Source of the DNA: an uncultured Acidimicrobiia bacterium
Lineage (GTDB): Bacteria > Actinomycetota > Acidimicrobiia > Spongiisociales > JAOTWH01
Reading direction: 5' to 3'
Length of the DNA stretch: 64,000 bases
NCBI GenBank assembly: GCA_964195995.1
Contig: CAXMQS010000049.1
Span: forward strand, 407-64,406
Part shown: in pieces, positions 1-9,006 of the stretch
How the letters are laid out: every line of letters begins with the position of its first letter
Numbering within the stretch: the stretch's first letter is position 1
Notes under the pieces: generated by a model
Told to the model about the DNA's origin: nothing
Seen by the model: only the letters and a program-made list of their open reading frames with translations
The model's database searches: none
Position numbers and translations under genes: made by a program

Positions 1-273
1 AATTACCGGTACGGATCTGCGAACAACAACGTGCAGCACCGATCCGTCCCTCCACGCTTCTACGATTGCACCCGGCGCCAGCTCCTCCGCCAACGCCGCC
101 GCCTCGGTGGCAGAACCTGACCGGGCCGCCCAGATTGCCGCAGTTTGGGCGGCACTCGTCGCTCCGTCACCAGCGATGCTGATGCGCGCATAGCCGACGA
201 TCAGTTGCAAAAGGACCAGCGCCAGAACCATCCCAAGAACCAGGACCTCGACTATGGCGTTGCCACGGTTCAC
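1..273 (-). CDS. TadE/TadG-like pilus assembly protein (3' end cut by window edge)
   Basis: Manual minus-strand translation from GTG 273..271 gives VNRGNAIVEVLVLGMVLALVLLQLIVGY... This RG-x-A-x-VE motif plus hydrophobic helix is typical of TadE-like proteins. GTGA start/stop overlap with the upstream gene. No stop within the window. Confidence 0.5.
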   Translation of the reverse strand, partial: MNRGNAIVEVLVLGMVLALVLLQLIVGYARISIAGDGATSAAQTAAIWAARSGSATEAAALAEELAPGAIVEAWRDGSVLHVVVRRSVPVI

Positions 274-658
274 GGTGGAGCCACTACCGGAGCGGAGCCT
301 TCAACCCGAATCGATATGGGCACGAGTCGCGGCCCCGGAGGGTTCCACGAGAACTCCAGCGCCGCGCTGACGAGGGCATCTGAACGGCTTAACGTCACCT
401 CCACCTCGTGAGCGCCCGGCAGGACCCGTGCGATCTCCGCGGCGAGCGGATCGGGGGTCGACGTACCTGATACCGCAGCCCGCCGCGCGTAAGCGTCGAC
501 AGCGGCCTGCGCCGTCGACCGCGCGGAGACGAGCAGAGCCACTTGGATAACCACTCCGAACAGAATGAAGGCAATACCAAGCGCCACGGCACCTTCGATG
601 ATCGCGGAGCCGCGGTCTACCCGAAGAACGTCGTTACCTGGCTGCTGATGGACGTCCA
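270..658 (-). CDS. TadE/TadG-like pilus assembly protein
   Basis: ORF track 270..737(-). Contains DRGSAIIEGAVALGIAFILFGVVIQVALL, a TadE-type N-terminus. Start moved to the in-frame GTG 658..656 because the long-ORF 5' end overlaps the Flp-like gene. Start is uncertain. Confidence 0.6.
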
Positions 659-772
659 CATGTCGCCTGCGGAACTGCGCACCTGCGGTAGCAAGAACGC
701 GATCACGAGTACGGCGATTGTCGCCATACCAAGCCATTCGATAGTGATCACACCACGATCATCGTTGAGCAT
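617..772 (-). CDS. Flp-type (type IVb) prepilin candidate, 51 aa
   Basis: Absent from the ORF track because it is under 60 aa. ATG 772..770 has AAGGAGG 5 nt upstream, directly after the tadC stop (TAA 789..787). Translation: MLNDDRGVITIEWLGMATIAVLVIAFLLPQVRSSAGDMWTSISSQVTTFFG, with a G/xxxxE(Y->W) processing-type motif followed by a hydrophobic helix. Stop is TAG 619..617. Confidence 0.55.
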   Translation of the reverse strand: MLNDDRGVITIEWLGMATIAVLVIAFLLPQVRSSAGDMWTSISSQVTTFFG

Positions 773-786
773 GGCCACCTCCTTTC

Positions 787-1602
787 TTACGGAACGGTCG
801 AGAGCTCAGAGAGCCCTTGCAATGTCGGATACATGAGGAAAAGCAGGGCGACCGGGATCATCAGCGCGAGGATCGGGGCATAGACCGCCAAAGCTCGCTT
901 CCCTCCTTCGATCTGCAGTTCTCTCTCTTGCTCGGCGCGGTAATCGATAGACAAACCAAGAAGGGCCTCAGCAAGACGGCCACCGGCCTGATGGGCGTTG
1001 GCAAGGAAGCCGTACAGGCGGCCCGCCTCCGGGGCCACTGTTCGGGCTATCTCAAGCTGCAGCGCCTCGGAGAGGCCTTGGCCCTCGCGATACCGACCCA
1101 GGACCTCCCCGAGCTCCTCCGCCGCGACGCCCCCGGTCCCTTCGACCACATGCTCCAGAGCAGACGCAACGCTCTCTCCGGCCAGGACCCGAAGAGCGAC
1201 CAGATCGGCGATCACGGGCAACTCGGCGCGAAGCTGACGAGAGCGCCGTTCGGTCCGCTGCGTAGCCCACATGCGGAATCCAAGGACGCCGGCAAAGCCC
1301 CCCAGCGCCCCCAGCGCTGGGGCCGAGCGAGTACTACCGGCCAGGAACAGGTCTCCTTGAGCCATCAACACCCCGATCAGGCCGCCCGTCAGGCCCGCGA
1401 TCGTCCTCCTCATACCGACCTCAGCACGCGTCCAGCGGATTCCTGCCTTGGCTAGCGGGGCCTCATCGGCCTCTTCGGGGGCAGAGGGCTGGCTTACCGG
1501 CATGAGGTACTTGCCGACCCGATCGACAAGACGAACAATGGGAACGCGCGTCGAGATCAGGTAGAGGGCCACGCTGGCGGCTCCGGCGGCGACGACTCTC
1601 AC
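787..1602 (-). CDS. tadC: Tad pilus inner-membrane platform protein (T2SS-F family, TadC-like)
   Basis: ORF track 271 aa. Multi-TM protein with a GspF-type C-terminal region. GTG 1602 overlaps the tadB stop (GTGA). Position inside the tad operon supports the call. Confidence 0.8.
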   Translation of the reverse strand: MRVVAAGAASVALYLISTRVPIVRLVDRVGKYLMPVSQPSAPEEADEAPLAKAGIRWTRAEVGMRRTIAGLTGGLIGVLMAQGDLFLAGSTRSAPALGALGGFAGVLGFRMWATQRTERRSRQLRAELPVIADLVALRVLAGESVASALEHVVEGTGGVAAEELGEVLGRYREGQGLSEALQLEIARTVAPEAGRLYGFLANAHQAGGRLAEALLGLSIDYRAEQERELQIEGGKRALAVYAPILALMIPVALLFLMYPTLQGLSELSTVP

Positions 1603-2405
1603 CTGAAGATCCTTGCGGCCTTCGAAAGCTTGGCGCTACGTCGTGCCAGCAGGAATCCGGTCGCCGTCATGGCTAATCCAAGGCCAAGCACTTTCGCTCC
1701 GCCAGCAGTTCCGTAAACATCAGCAGCTTGTGGATTCGTGGCGACAGTGAGCAGCAGAAGGGCCCATGGCGCGATCAGAGCGACGGTCGCCGTCAAACGC
1801 TGCTGGGTGAGAGCTGCGTCGTGCGCCCGCCGCAGTCGAAGCTCGTCGCCAACGGACTGGCCGAGAAGACCCAAGATGTCGGCGACCCTGCCGCCGCCGG
1901 CGGTCGCGGCAAAGGCAAGCGAGGTGAGCACTCGGTCGGCCACGGAGTCCGACATTCGGCTCCGCTCAATGTCCAGCGCCTTGCTGAAGGGAGCCCCTTG
2001 AGCAAGCGATCGTTGAACGCTGAGTCCGAATAGTTCGATGCCGTTGCCACAATGCAACGCCGCCTCAACCGTCGCTTCTGGGAGCGCACGACCTGCGGCC
2101 AGCCGACTCCTCAGGATCGCCAGGAAGTCTGGCCACTGCTCCATGACGGCTCGCCGAGATCGTTCTGCGACCAGTCGACGAGACGCCACGTATGCGGCCG
2201 CAACGAGAAGTGCTACCGCGCCGCCGAGAGTCGCGAGGCCGGATAGGGCAACCACAACGAGGAACGCAGCTGACCCCCAGGCGATGGAGACGCCAATGAT
2301 TCTCGGCGCGGGAAGCCGGAAGGAGTTGCGGCTAACTTCGGGAACCCAGCCACCGAAGTAGATCCACACGGCGAGGGCGGCGACAAGTGCAGCGACCCCT
2401 CTCAT
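1599..2405 (-). CDS. tadB: Tad pilus inner-membrane platform protein (T2SS-F family, TadB-like)
   Basis: ORF track 268 aa. TM-rich GspF-like protein. ATG 2405 overlaps the tadA stop (ATGA). Confidence 0.8.
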   Translation of the reverse strand: MRGVAALVAALAVWIYFGGWVPEVSRNSFRLPAPRIIGVSIAWGSAAFLVVVALSGLATLGGAVALLVAAAYVASRRLVAERSRRAVMEQWPDFLAILRSRLAAGRALPEATVEAALHCGNGIELFGLSVQRSLAQGAPFSKALDIERSRMSDSVADRVLTSLAFAATAGGGRVADILGLLGQSVGDELRLRRAHDAALTQQRLTATVALIAPWALLLLTVATNPQAADVYGTAGGAKVLGLGLAMTATGFLLARRSAKLSKAARIFR

Positions 2406-3412
2406 GGGCGGAGGACTCCGGCGGCCATGGGCATGTCAGCGTCGTGGTGACGGTGACCCGCCGACCGCAGCTCGCCGTCCTCCCAGGCGAACAGCGGCGT
2501 TGTCGCGAACAAGTCGCCGGCCAATCGATCATCGACGGCTATGACTTCCTCGACCCTTCGCGACCCGCCGCTCCTCTTGATGAACACGACGAGGTCCACC
2601 ACCGACGCCAACGATCTTCGAACGAACTCTGTCGACACGTTCTCGCCCGCCAGGACGCAGTAACCGACGAGCTTCTCCAGCGCATCGCGTCCCGAGTTGG
2701 CATGCAGCGTCGCGAGGCCTGAACAACCGGCGTTCAGCGCCAGAAGTAGGTCGAGCGCCTCCGGCCCACGAACCTCTCCGACAACTATGCGATCGGGCCG
2801 TTGTCGCAGCGCCTCCTTGACCAAACGCCGGAGATCGATCTCGCCACCTCCATCGAGGCCGGCCTCGCGAGTCTGCATCTGTGTGACATCCGGATGCTGC
2901 GTCTGAATCTCGAAGACCTCCTCGCAGGTAACGAGCCGCTGATCTGGCGGCACGTCATTGAGAAGGCAATTGACCAGCGTGGTCTTGCCGGCTCCGGGAG
3001 CCCCGGCAACCAATACCGTCTTGTCTGCGACGACCGCGGCCCTCAGCAGGTCTGCGGCATCGCGGGACAGCGTGCCTAGACCCACGAGAGCGCGCAGCTC
3101 GTCTACAGCGAGCACGAACTTCCTTATCTGAATGTTGAGGCGATCCGGATGGGTAACGGGTGGGCCGGTGATGTGAACTCGGCTCCCATCTGCGAGCTGA
3201 GCGGAGACGATCGGGTTGGCCAGATCCAGCCTCCTACCTGTGCCCGCTAGCAGCTGTTCTGCTATCCGGCGGACGGTGGGCGTGTCAACAATGTCCGGAA
3301 TGAGCTCCTTCCGTCCACCGCGGACGACGAAGGTGCGATGGCCCCCAAGAACGATGATCTCTTCAACTTTGTCGTCCTCTAGGAGTGGGTCGAGAAAGCC
3401 GAGCCGACTCAT
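2402..3412 (-). CDS. tadA: CpaF/TadA-family pilus secretion ATPase
   Basis: Walker A GAPGAGKTT plus the GEVRGPEA and ATLHANS motifs. Start set to ATG 3412 (MSRLGFLDP...), which forms an ATGA overlap with the cpaE stop. The longer track ORF (to 3535) overlaps cpaE by 127 nt. Confidence 0.9.
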   Translation of the reverse strand: MSRLGFLDPLLEDDKVEEIIVLGGHRTFVVRGGRKELIPDIVDTPTVRRIAEQLLAGTGRRLDLANPIVSAQLADGSRVHITGPPVTHPDRLNIQIRKFVLAVDELRALVGLGTLSRDAADLLRAAVVADKTVLVAGAPGAGKTTLVNCLLNDVPPDQRLVTCEEVFEIQTQHPDVTQMQTREAGLDGGGEIDLRRLVKEALRQRPDRIVVGEVRGPEALDLLLALNAGCSGLATLHANSGRDALEKLVGYCVLAGENVSTEFVRRSLASVVDLVVFIKRSGGSRRVEEVIAVDDRLAGDLFATTPLFAWEDGELRSAGHRHHDADMPMAAGVLRP

Positions 3413-4452
3413 GCGCCTACCGCGATTCGAGCCAACTGCCGGCGCAACGAACGAGCAGGCGGCTGCGCCGACCGGGCGGCCAGCCCAATCCGCCGGTCTT
3501 CTCGGATGATCACTGCTGGGTCCAGACCGAGCCACTGGCGGGCCGCCATGGTCGAGTCATGCGCGTTGTTGCCATTAACGCGATTGAGAACCAGGGCAGG
3601 AGGCGGGCCGTCCCACTCGCCCACAGTCTGCGCAGCGCGCACTATCCCCACAGCATCACCGGTTGCCACGAGCACCGCGGCGTCGGCTCGCTTCAGGAGG
3701 TTGGTGTCGGCGATGGCCGGACCAAGGTCTGCCACGACGACATCGAACTGGCTGAGGGCCGCGTCAAGGACATCGCCCACGAGGGATGGACGAAGCCGCG
3801 GCTCTCCCGGCCGATGTGAACCAACAACGAACGAGGCACCGTCACGCTGGTGCACCGCCCACTCCGGAAGATCACCGCTCATTCGGCAGTAGTCAGCGGC
3901 ATCGGCGAGGTCTGGTCGCGCCGGAAGGCCAAGCCGAACGGCAAGACTGGGCGCGTCGAGGTCGGCATCGACCACAAGGGTCTTGAGATGCGCGGCCAGA
4001 TTCCACGCCAGCGCCAGCGACACCTCCGTTCGACCCGGGGCGCCACGACCACCCGTGACCACGACGAAGGTCCCGGTCTTGGCGGACGGAAGCGTCGCTC
4101 CCGAGGTAACAACGGCGCGGATCGCGGCGATCTTGGCCTCGGCGGCGATGGACTCCTCGACGACCTCGTCGGCCCCTCCGGTCTCCAAGATCCGACGAGC
4201 TGGTGAGTCAGAAGCCGGGTGGACGCCGATCACCCGCAGGCCCTGTCGGCGCCAACTCGCCACGGCTGCCGAGGTCACCCACGAGGTCTCGGCCCCTGCG
4301 ACTACCACATCGATTTCGGCGCGTCGCTCTTCGATTTCTGATGGCTGGTAGGCCCTCAGGATGAGTCGGGCGGCCGCCGACTCTCGAATGACCCCGACAA
4401 GCTCTGCCTCCCAGTCCCGGGCAGACAGCACTGTGGCGACTCGCGGAATCAC
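3409..4452 (-). CDS. TadZ/CpaE-like ParA/MinD-family ATPase with N-terminal receiver-like domain
   Basis: ORF track 347 aa. Deviant Walker A region VVVTGGRGAPGRTEVSLALAWNLA. N-terminal region of about 110 aa looks receiver-like. GTGA overlap with the cpaB stop. Confidence 0.75.
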   Translation of the reverse strand: MIPRVATVLSARDWEAELVGVIRESAAARLILRAYQPSEIEERRAEIDVVVAGAETSWVTSAAVASWRRQGLRVIGVHPASDSPARRILETGGADEVVEESIAAEAKIAAIRAVVTSGATLPSAKTGTFVVVTGGRGAPGRTEVSLALAWNLAAHLKTLVVDADLDAPSLAVRLGLPARPDLADAADYCRMSGDLPEWAVHQRDGASFVVGSHRPGEPRLRPSLVGDVLDAALSQFDVVVADLGPAIADTNLLKRADAAVLVATGDAVGIVRAAQTVGEWDGPPPALVLNRVNGNNAHDSTMAARQWLGLDPAVIIREDRRIGLAARSAQPPARSLRRQLARIAVGA

Positions 4453-5069
4453 TCGCTGACCCGCACCAGGTCGAGGTCACCGATTCGGTGGCCGCCAGCG
4501 ATCAACGGCGCCAAATTGTCATCGACGGCCAGCAGGAGCTCCAATTCTCTACGACCGGCGATGGCGTCCTCGGCCGGCCTCGCCTCTAGAACCAATACTC
4601 CGGCCGCCAACAACTCAGTGTGACGCGGCTCGCTCGAAGTCGACGGCCAGGTGACGTAGATATCAACAGAGTCACCGGCAATCACCGAACCCAGGGCGGC
4701 GTGGGTCTCGGGGATGGAGATCGACAACGATGGTGGTCGAAGGGCAGCCAAAGGATCGACCAGCAAGGACGCGAGAAGCGGCTCGCCTGCTTCCACTCCT
4801 GTAGCCAGAGCCCAGCCTTCGAGCTCGCCGACATCGGTTCCGGCGATGAGCCCGTCGGCGGTCCCCATCTGTCGCGACGTCACCGAGCCAGCATCCAGAA
4901 CGGCGCCAGCTGGGATGTCCTGCGCCGCCACCAGCACCCCGACCGACGCCTCCGGGCGCGTTAGTCCCAGAACGACAAAGGCTGCCACTCCCGCCAGGCC
5001 GACGGCCGTCAGGGTCCTCTTGTCGAATCGGGTCGAGCCGAAACCGGTGAGGTTGGAGAGCACAGCCAT
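4449..5069 (-). CDS. cpaB: CpaB/RcpC-like Flp pilus assembly protein (SAF domain)
   Basis: MAVLSNLTGFGSTRFDKRTLTAVGLAGVAAFVVLG... is a TM anchor, followed by an SAF-like segment VLVAAQDIPAGAVLDAGSV. Start ATG 5069 overlaps the upstream stop (TGATG). Confidence 0.75.
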   Translation of the reverse strand: MAVLSNLTGFGSTRFDKRTLTAVGLAGVAAFVVLGLTRPEASVGVLVAAQDIPAGAVLDAGSVTSRQMGTADGLIAGTDVGELEGWALATGVEAGEPLLASLLVDPLAALRPPSLSISIPETHAALGSVIAGDSVDIYVTWPSTSSEPRHTELLAAGVLVLEARPAEDAIAGRRELELLLAVDDNLAPLIAGGHRIGDLDLVRVSE

Positions 5070-5323
5070 CACCGCACCTCGAAGGCGGCGATATGTTCGA
5101 TGGCGATGACCCAGGAGGTCGACTCGTCGGTGAGGACTACATGGTCGGAGCCAACAGACCACACCTGGCCCCGGTAGAGCTGGCCGTCGGAAGCGGACAC
5201 CACGCCCACCGCTCGGCGGTCTTCCGCTTCAAGCAAATGGTCCCGGAGGCTTCGCCGTCGTCTGGCCGCGGCCTCGGCGGCGTGCTGTTCGGCCTCGAGG
5301 GTCTCGTCGAGGCGTTCCCGCAA
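5069..5323 (-). CDS. hypothetical protein, first gene of the tad operon
   Basis: ORF track 84 aa with a TTG start. Helical Arg/Glu-rich N-terminal half and a beta-rich C-terminal half (GQLYRGQVWSVGSDHVVLTDESTSWVIAIEHIAAFEV). Coupled to cpaB. No family recognised. Confidence 0.45.
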   Translation of the reverse strand: MRERLDETLEAEQHAAEAAARRRRSLRDHLLEAEDRRAVGVVSASDGQLYRGQVWSVGSDHVVLTDESTSWVIAIEHIAAFEVR

Positions 5324-5492
5324 ATGACGCGCCAGGTGGGTGAGATCGGGATGTTGTAGCGGATCTATCAGCGGTGCCTCCAGTCGGACACCTCCGATGT
5401 ATCAGGTGGCGAAAGCCGATTGAAGACCTATGACATCCTTTGTTTTCGCGACCGGCCAAGAAACCGGTTTCAAGAGCGCGTATCGTGAACCC

Positions 5493-5849
5493 ATGAAACG
5501 CGGTGACCTCAATCTATACGTGACCAGCCTCGACGCCAGTGAACGGTTCTACTCGAGGACTCTCGACTTCCGCCTCGACGACGGCAACGACATCTCGCGA
5601 ACGATGCGGTCCGGCGATGTCGCTATCACGCTCTTCTTGGCCAAGGCAGGCCCGGCGCCTTCTAGGGGCAGCACTCCGATGATCACAGCCGACCTGATGG
5701 TCTCCGACCTGGATTCGATCCTCTCCGGATTCGAGGCCGCCGGGGGGAACGTCGAGTCGGTCTCCGATTGGGAGCACGGTCGCTTCGCTCTCGTCACAGA
5801 TCCCGATGGCATCGGCTGGGAACTGATCGAGGGGGCCGGAGCTACCTAG
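5493..5849 (+). CDS. VOC (glyoxalase/bleomycin-resistance/dioxygenase) family protein
   Basis: MKRGDLNLYVTSLDASERFYSRTLDF...FALVTDPDGIGWELIEG shows the typical VOC N- and C-terminal patterns. Start chosen at ATG 5493 inside track ORF 5430..5849. Confidence 0.75.
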   Translation: MKRGDLNLYVTSLDASERFYSRTLDFRLDDGNDISRTMRSGDVAITLFLAKAGPAPSRGSTPMITADLMVSDLDSILSGFEAAGGNVESVSDWEHGRFALVTDPDGIGWELIEGAGAT

Positions 5850-6025
5850 CCCCGCGGGGCTCCGGCGTGCGGTCGGGTGAAACCCGGAGCTGAGGCGGGA
5901 CGCCTGCGCTGGTGCGGGGTGGGAGGCGGCGTCCAGCCATCTTTCGGCAGGTGAATTCGACGACGCCTTTTCATTGCGTGCCACGCTAGAACTACATACC
6001 TGGGATTCAGAGGACCTCCGCGTGT

Positions 6026-6421
6026 ATGCTTTTGCCGATGGACGGACGTCTTGATTCCGTTGAGACGACGACCTCCTTCGTCTGGATAGACGATGGGATC
6101 GTTCACATCGAGACGAAGGGCACCCCGCGCACGGCCGACTCGGTGAGCACAACATTTGGAGCCGTCCGCGACCTCCTCGGCACTGCCAGAATGCCAGCAC
6201 TGCTTGATCTTCGGAAGCGGTTACCGAGTGATCAGGACAGTTGGGCCATCTTCATCAAGAACGCTCAGATGTTCTCGGCAGCCGCGTTCGTCATCGATCC
6301 CGATGTCCACCCTCGGGTCGATGTGTATCCGGAGATCATCAACCGGATGCTGATTCCGTTCCAGGTGTTCACAACTGAAGCCGAAGCCCTGGCCTTCTTA
6401 GCGGCACATAAGACCCCGTAA
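6026..6421 (+). CDS. hypothetical protein (possibly STAS/SpoIIAA-like fold)
   Basis: ORF track 131 aa. No competing ORF is more plausible. The fold assignment is only an impression from the alternating beta/alpha pattern. Confidence 0.5.
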   Translation: MLLPMDGRLDSVETTTSFVWIDDGIVHIETKGTPRTADSVSTTFGAVRDLLGTARMPALLDLRKRLPSDQDSWAIFIKNAQMFSAAAFVIDPDVHPRVDVYPEIINRMLIPFQVFTTEAEALAFLAAHKTP

Positions 6422-6552
6422 CCACCTAGCCGGGGTTCAGTAGGGCTCGGAAGACTCCGTTCTCAGGAAGGGGAGCCGCACGCGCCCCATCAGAGTCCTG
6501 TCAACTTCTCCCACATCAGTAGGCCGCTAGCGTTTTCCCAGGAAATCGGGAA

Positions 6553-6573
6553 TCTAAGTCTATGCGACTCAGG
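6553..6573. promoter_or_regulatory. HAIR-like inverted repeat (candidate HspR operator) upstream of dnaK
   Basis: TCTAAGT-N7-ACTCAGG compared with the HAIR consensus CTTGAGT-N7-ACTCAAG: right half 6/7, left half 4/7. It lies about 50 nt upstream of the dnaK ATG in an unusually AT-rich stretch that also holds TACAAT (6584-6589). hspR is encoded in the same operon. Confidence 0.4.
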
Positions 6574-6622
6574 TTATAGGTAGTACAATGACTCAGAAAA
6601 TAGATACAAGGAGAGTAGAACT

Positions 6623-8443
6623 ATGGGACGAGCAGTAGGTATCGACCTCGGTACCACCAACTCAGTTCTGGCCGTTATGGAGGGGGCGACCCCCGAAGTC
6701 GTGGCCAACGCAGAAGGCCATCGCACCACCCCGTCGGTGGTCGCCTTCTCCAAGCAGGGCGAGGTCCTCGTCGGAGAAGTGGCGAAGCGCCAGGCCATCA
6801 CCAACCCCGAGCGCACCGTGCGCTCCGTCAAGCGCCACATGGGCACTGACTGGAAGATCAACGCTGACGACAAGGACTACAGCGCCCAGGAGATTTCGGC
6901 GCGCATCCTGCAGAAGCTGAAGCGCGACGCCGAGGCCTACTTGGGCCAAGAGGTGACCGAAGCGGTCATCACGGTCCCCGCCTACTTCGGCGACGCTCAG
7001 CGCCAGGCCACCAAGGAGGCCGGCCAGATCGCAGGGCTTGAAGTGCTGCGCATCATCAACGAGCCGACGGCGGCGTCTCTGGCCTACGGCCTCGACAAGG
7101 AGGGCGAAGACCAGACGATCCTCGTCTTCGACCTCGGCGGAGGCACGTTCGACGTTTCCGTTCTCGAGATCGGCGAAGGCGTATTCGAAGTCAAGTCGAC
7201 CTCAGGTAATACCTCGCTCGGCGGCGACGACTGGGACCAGCGGGTCATCGACTGGCTGATCACCGAGTTCAAGAACGAGTCGGGGGTCGACCTGTCCAAG
7301 GACGCCATGGCCCTGCAGCGCCTCAAGGAGGCAGCCGAGAAGGCCAAGATCGAGCTGTCGTCGGTGCCCGAGACGGAGATCAACCTTCCGTTCCTCACGG
7401 CTACGCCGGACGGACCGCTCCACCTGCAGAAGACCCTGAAGCGCTCCGAGTTCCACAAGATGACCGAAGACTTGCTGGAAGCCGTGAAGGCTCCCTTCAA
7501 GCAGGCCGTCAAGGACGCTGCGCTCTCGGTGTCGGACATCGACCACATCATCCTGGTCGGTGGCTCGACGCGTATGCCTGCGGTCCTCGAACTCGTCACC
7601 GAGCTCGCTGGTAAGGAGCCCCACAAGGGCGTCAACCCAGACGAGGTCGTAGCGCTCGGCGCTGCGTTGCAGGCCGGCGTCCTCAAGGGCGATGTCAAGG
7701 ACATCCTGCTCCTCGACGTCACTCCGTTGACACTGTCCATCGAGACGATGGGCGGGGTGGCTACGAAGATGATCGAGCGCAACACCACGATCCCCACCCG
7801 TAGGGCGGAGATATTCACCACGGCTGCAGATAACCAGCCGGAGGTCGAGATCAACGTGCTGCAGGGCGAACGGGAGATGGCTGTTGGTAACAAGTCCCTC
7901 GGTCGCTTCAAGCTGACTGACATCCCGCCGGCGCCACGAGGCATGCCGCAGATCGAGGTCACATTCGACATCGACGCCAACGGCATCGTGTCAGTGTCGG
8001 CCAAGGACCTCGGCACTGGCAAGAGCCAGTCCGTCACCCTCACCGGTGGCACTGCGCTCTCACCCGAAGAGATCGACCAGATGGTCAAGGACGCCGAGGA
8101 TCATGCGTCCGAGGACCACATCCGCAGGGAGAATGCCGATGCCCGCAACCAGGCGGACAACGCTGTCTATCAGATGGGCAAGCAGCTCACCGAGCATGGC
8201 GACAAGCTTGACGAGGGCGAGCGCCAGCCGATTGACGATGCCATGGCCGACCTGAAGAAGCTCCTCGAGGACGAGGATGCATCTGCAGAGGCAATGACAT
8301 CCAAGACCCAGGAGCTGCTCACCGCTTCCCAGAAGCTCGGCGAGAAGATCTACGCCGAGACCCAGGCGACCGAGTCGGCAGCGCCCGAGGGTGGCGACGA
8401 CGTCGTCGAAGGCGAGATCGTCGACGAAGGCGAGGGCTCGTGA
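6623..8443 (+). CDS. dnaK: molecular chaperone DnaK (Hsp70)
   Basis: ORF track 606 aa with the motifs [17 protein letters not shown] and [18 protein letters not shown] upstream. Confidence 0.98.
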   Translation: MGRAVGIDLGTTNSVLAVMEGATPEVVANAEGHRTTPSVVAFSKQGEVLVGEVAKRQAITNPERTVRSVKRHMGTDWKINADDKDYSAQEISARILQKLKRDAEAYLGQEVTEAVITVPAYFGDAQRQATKEAGQIAGLEVLRIINEPTAASLAYGLDKEGEDQTILVFDLGGGTFDVSVLEIGEGVFEVKSTSGNTSLGGDDWDQRVIDWLITEFKNESGVDLSKDAMALQRLKEAAEKAKIELSSVPETEINLPFLTATPDGPLHLQKTLKRSEFHKMTEDLLEAVKAPFKQAVKDAALSVSDIDHIILVGGSTRMPAVLELVTELAGKEPHKGVNPDEVVALGAALQAGVLKGDVKDILLLDVTPLTLSIETMGGVATKMIERNTTIPTRRAEIFTTAADNQPEVEINVLQGEREMAVGNKSLGRFKLTDIPPAPRGMPQIEVTFDIDANGIVSVSAKDLGTGKSQSVTLTGGTALSPEEIDQMVKDAEDHASEDHIRRENADARNQADNAVYQMGKQLTEHGDKLDEGERQPIDDAMADLKKLLEDEDASAEAMTSKTQELLTASQKLGEKIYAETQATESAAPEGGDDVVEGEIVDEGEGS

Positions 8444-9006
8444 GCTCCGAGGACGAGGTAATCGAGGGCAAGGTCGTCGAAGGCGCCCTTGAAGACGACA
8501 CTGGCATAGACGAGGCTGGCCTCCCCGGCGACCCTGCTGTCGCCAACGAACAGCTCCTCGGTCAATTGGCCGAGGAGCGCCAGGCGGCGCAGACGGTCTT
8601 CGCCGACCTGCAGCGGGTGGCGGCGGAGTTCGACAACTATCGCAAGCGAGTGCAACGCGATCAGGTCGACATCGTCGAGCGCGCCTCGGAGCGAGTCGTC
8701 CTGGAGATGTTGGCCGTTGTCGACAGCTTCGAGGCTGCATTCACTCACGAGGCACAAACCCCAACCGAAGAGAAGCTGCTTGCCGGCATGTGGAGTACCT
8801 ACGAACTGCTGGTATCGGTTCTGGCCAAAGAGGGGCTCGAGCCCATCGCGGCGATTGGCGAGCCTTTCGACCCAACGGTGCACGAAGCGGCACAGGCGCC
8901 GCCCGACGCCGGCGCTCACCTGGTCGTCAGTGAAGAGCTGCGCCGCGGCTACACGCTGCGGGGGCGGTTGATCCGTCCGGCGCTCGTCGCGGTTGACCAT
9001 GCGTAG
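8440..9006 (+). CDS. grpE: nucleotide exchange factor GrpE
   Basis: ORF track 188 aa. GrpE-type coiled coil followed by a C-terminal beta domain ([10 protein letters not shown]...[14 protein letters not shown]). GTGA overlap with the dnaK stop. Confidence 0.93.
   Translation: MSSEDEVIEGKVVEGALEDDTGIDEAGLPGDPAVANEQLLGQLAEERQAAQTVFADLQRVAAEFDNYRKRVQRDQVDIVERASERVVLEMLAVVDSFEAAFTHEAQTPTEEKLLAGMWSTYELLVSVLAKEGLEPIAAIGEPFDPTVHEAAQAPPDAGAHLVVSEELRRGYTLRGRLIRPALVAVDHA

Noticed and set aside
7084-8088. Long antisense ORFs inside clearly identified genes. Examples are 7084..8088(-) in dnaK, 18312..19334(+) in fahA, 8927..9901(-) in dnaJ, 21950..22951(-), 49496..50503(-) and 60109..61185(+).
   Set aside because: These are typical stop-poor alternative frames of GC-rich DNA. 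Their products are low-complexity (Arg/Ser/Pro/Gly-rich) and lack recognisable domains, while the opposite strand carries unambiguous homologues.
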